A program made the position numbers and the translations under genes. Positions 61,401-64,000 of a DNA stretch of 64,000 nt are shown here, one piece after another. The DNA is taken from assembly GCF_009914755.1 (NCBI RefSeq), contig NC_060926.1, one strand, 5' to 3'. The notes under the pieces are model-generated. The model saw only the letters and a list, made by a program, of their open reading frames with translations, did no database searches and had not been told where the DNA came from. Numbering within the stretch: position 1 is the stretch's first letter; each line of letters opens with the position of its first letter. The DNA comes from the human T2T-CHM13v2.0 reference genome, Homo sapiens.

Positions 61401-62243
61401 AAAATTTTTTCATAGTATATTTGGTCTTTTGGAAATGTTTAAGAATATTAATTATTATATTATTAACTATATGGTATTACAATATTTTGCAAGACAGACA
61501 CTGGATATATTTTATTAAACTATGAGAATTCATTTCCATGGTTTTCCACTCTTATAAAATATGTCACTCTTCATAAGAAGGAACACTGTATGAATGCTTA
61601 CCTAATGCCAGCACAATGCAAATATATAGTAAACATACTGATATTTACCCAAAGCAGTAAGATTCAATTTTAAATAATGAATTCAACAGACAGAAACTTT
61701 CTAGAGAAGGCATTTTAGCAATAGAACAAAATTTATTTTAAAAATAATGCGCAGGCTAATTTACCAAGTAAGTATAATAGAGGGCAGTTGAAATGTGTTT
61801 TCACTTATGTCCTGGAATTACTTCGTTTCTAAAGTCAGAACCCAAGAGTAAGGGAGGTGGAAAGGATTCGAACACTACTACATTTCTTGGCTTCATATCA
61901 CTTAGTGTTATCAAATAATCATCTTTACTCAAGAACTGTAATGTATTAAAAATACACTCTGTAGCTCTGTGCTAGACGTTTTACGGAAGTCATTTCTTTT
62001 AATCCTATATGCAAATATGTACCCTTCTGTTTCTATGCACCTGCTTATAGGAACTGTGCATCTCCAAATGTTCACATAGACAGGCCAGAGGAACTATTCA
62101 AGGTTACATGGACCTGGCATTTGCACATAATACGGTGCAAGCGTTCTCAACTTTTTTGAACCCTCTCCCTTTACTTCAAATTCTATTTTACACAGATTGG
62201 TATTGCTTTGGTTTAAATCGAGTGTGGGTAAGGAGTAAATTAG

Positions 62244-62615
<372 letters not shown>

Positions 62616-63087
62616 TAGTGGCAGAGTTTTAAAAACAGTGGTATAGGGCAAATATCTCCTGCTAAGCTAGTCAGCTTCTAAATAGTATTCCCTTTCAGTC
62701 TTAATGTCTATCATTGTAAATTAAGAAAACAAGTTGATTATCTTAATTATGTATCATTCTCCAATTTGAACTTCAAAACATCCTATGTGTCAGGTCAGTT
62801 ACGTACAGCTGAGTAAACATAGTGGTTTAGGAAATTGATAGTCTTTAAAACAAATTGATTAGAGAACTCAGAACCATCAAGTGAAAAACCAGAGTTGGAA
62901 CTCCAACTATTTTACTCCATATCCCATGCTTTTGTTGTCAATATATAGAAAACTACAGTAAGGTAAGTCATCAATAAGTTGGTCTTCATTATAGACAACT
63001 CACACTGGATGAAATTCTCAGTGGTAAAAACCCCTTTAAAATACAAGATATTTCCTAAGACAAAAGTAAAGCAACAGGACATAATAA

Positions 63088-63603
63088 TATGCCCATGCTA
63101 TTGGCTGCTGTAACAAGTGACCCCAAGTTGGGCAGCTTGAAACAACACAAATTTGTTATCTCAGTTCTCAGTGTCAAAAGTCTGAAATGGGTCTCACTAG
63201 ACTAAAACTGAGGTGTTAGCAGGGCAGATTTCTTTCTGGAGGTTCGAGGGATGGATTCATTTACTCGCCTTTTTCAGCTTCTTGAAGCTGCTAGCATTTC
63301 TAGGCTCCTGGTCCCCTACCACCTCCAAAGCCAGTGATGGCCAGTCTAGTCACCTCATACTGCCTCACTCTGAGACAAACTCTTCTGCCTCCCCTTTCCA
63401 CATTTAAGAACCCTTGTGATCACATTCATCCTACTTGGATAACCTAGAATCTAGAATAGTCCTTATCTTAAAGTTGGTTAATTAGCAACCTTAATTCCAT
63501 CTGTGACTTTACCTTCCCTTTGCTACTGAGCATTGCATATTTTCAGGTTCCAGGAGAGAGGATGTGGGCATCTTTAGGGGCCATTTCTTTTCTGCCTACC
63601 ACA
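63088..63603 (-). mobile_element. MLT1D MaLR solo LTR
   Basis: gctgctgtaacaagtgacc...gtctgaaatgggtctcactagactaaaa...attagcaaccttaattccatctg...tctgcctaccaca. Confidence 0.85.
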
Positions 63604-64000
63604 GTGCCTGAAGAAAAAAATGAGTGAACAGGAGGAAGGTGCTTGGTCTGCGTGGAGATCAGCAACATGAAGCAAAGGCAGTGGAAGAATCATCAGTGTT
63701 TATCTAACAAAGTCTATAGGTAGAGACACCAGATTAGGGTAATGCAAACTTTACTACACAGCCCTCTAATCACTACACAGGCACATCCTGTGATGACAGA
63801 CATCACCAGGATTTTCCATGGCCTAACATACCCTTTAGCCCAGTTTCCTGTGCTCTGAGTTCATGCAGTAAGTCATCTTAAGGCTCTGAATTCAGGTTCT
63901 TAGAAATCATGATTCCAGGAAAGGCATGTGCCACATCAGACAGTGAAATACATTCAGGAGGAAAAAACATCTACCATCTCTATGTTTTAATATTCTGCTT

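Overview
AT-rich, CpG-depleted primate genomic DNA, almost certainly human given a near-consensus AluYa5. It looks intergenic or deep-intronic, and I see no intact protein-coding gene, tRNA/rRNA gene or CRISPR array. Most of the window is layered transposable elements: old L1M/L2/L3/MIR fragments, 14 Alus, a cluster of ERV1 solo LTRs (2.5-6.6 kb), a MER11 solo LTR, several MaLR/ERVL LTRs and two L1PA 3' fragments. The only gene-derived feature is a processed HNRNPA1 pseudogene (59723-61400) with an AluYa5 inserted at its poly(A) junction. The most unusual structure is a 272-bp, 97%-identical inverted repeat of apparently non-TE sequence around a 393-bp spacer (48031-48967), which also holds a candidate minus-strand exon. 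Other oddities: a MaLR with mismatched LTR subfamilies, a 60-bp templated duplication preserving a pre-Alu empty site, a 50-bp dispersed duplication, a twin-primed L1, a template-switch hairpin in an Alu, and a de novo in-frame ATG reopening RRM1 of the pseudogene. I cannot support a claim of a new multi-gene biological system. Repeat subfamily names are from recalled consensus sequences, not a RepeatMasker run, and boundaries of old repeats are approximate.
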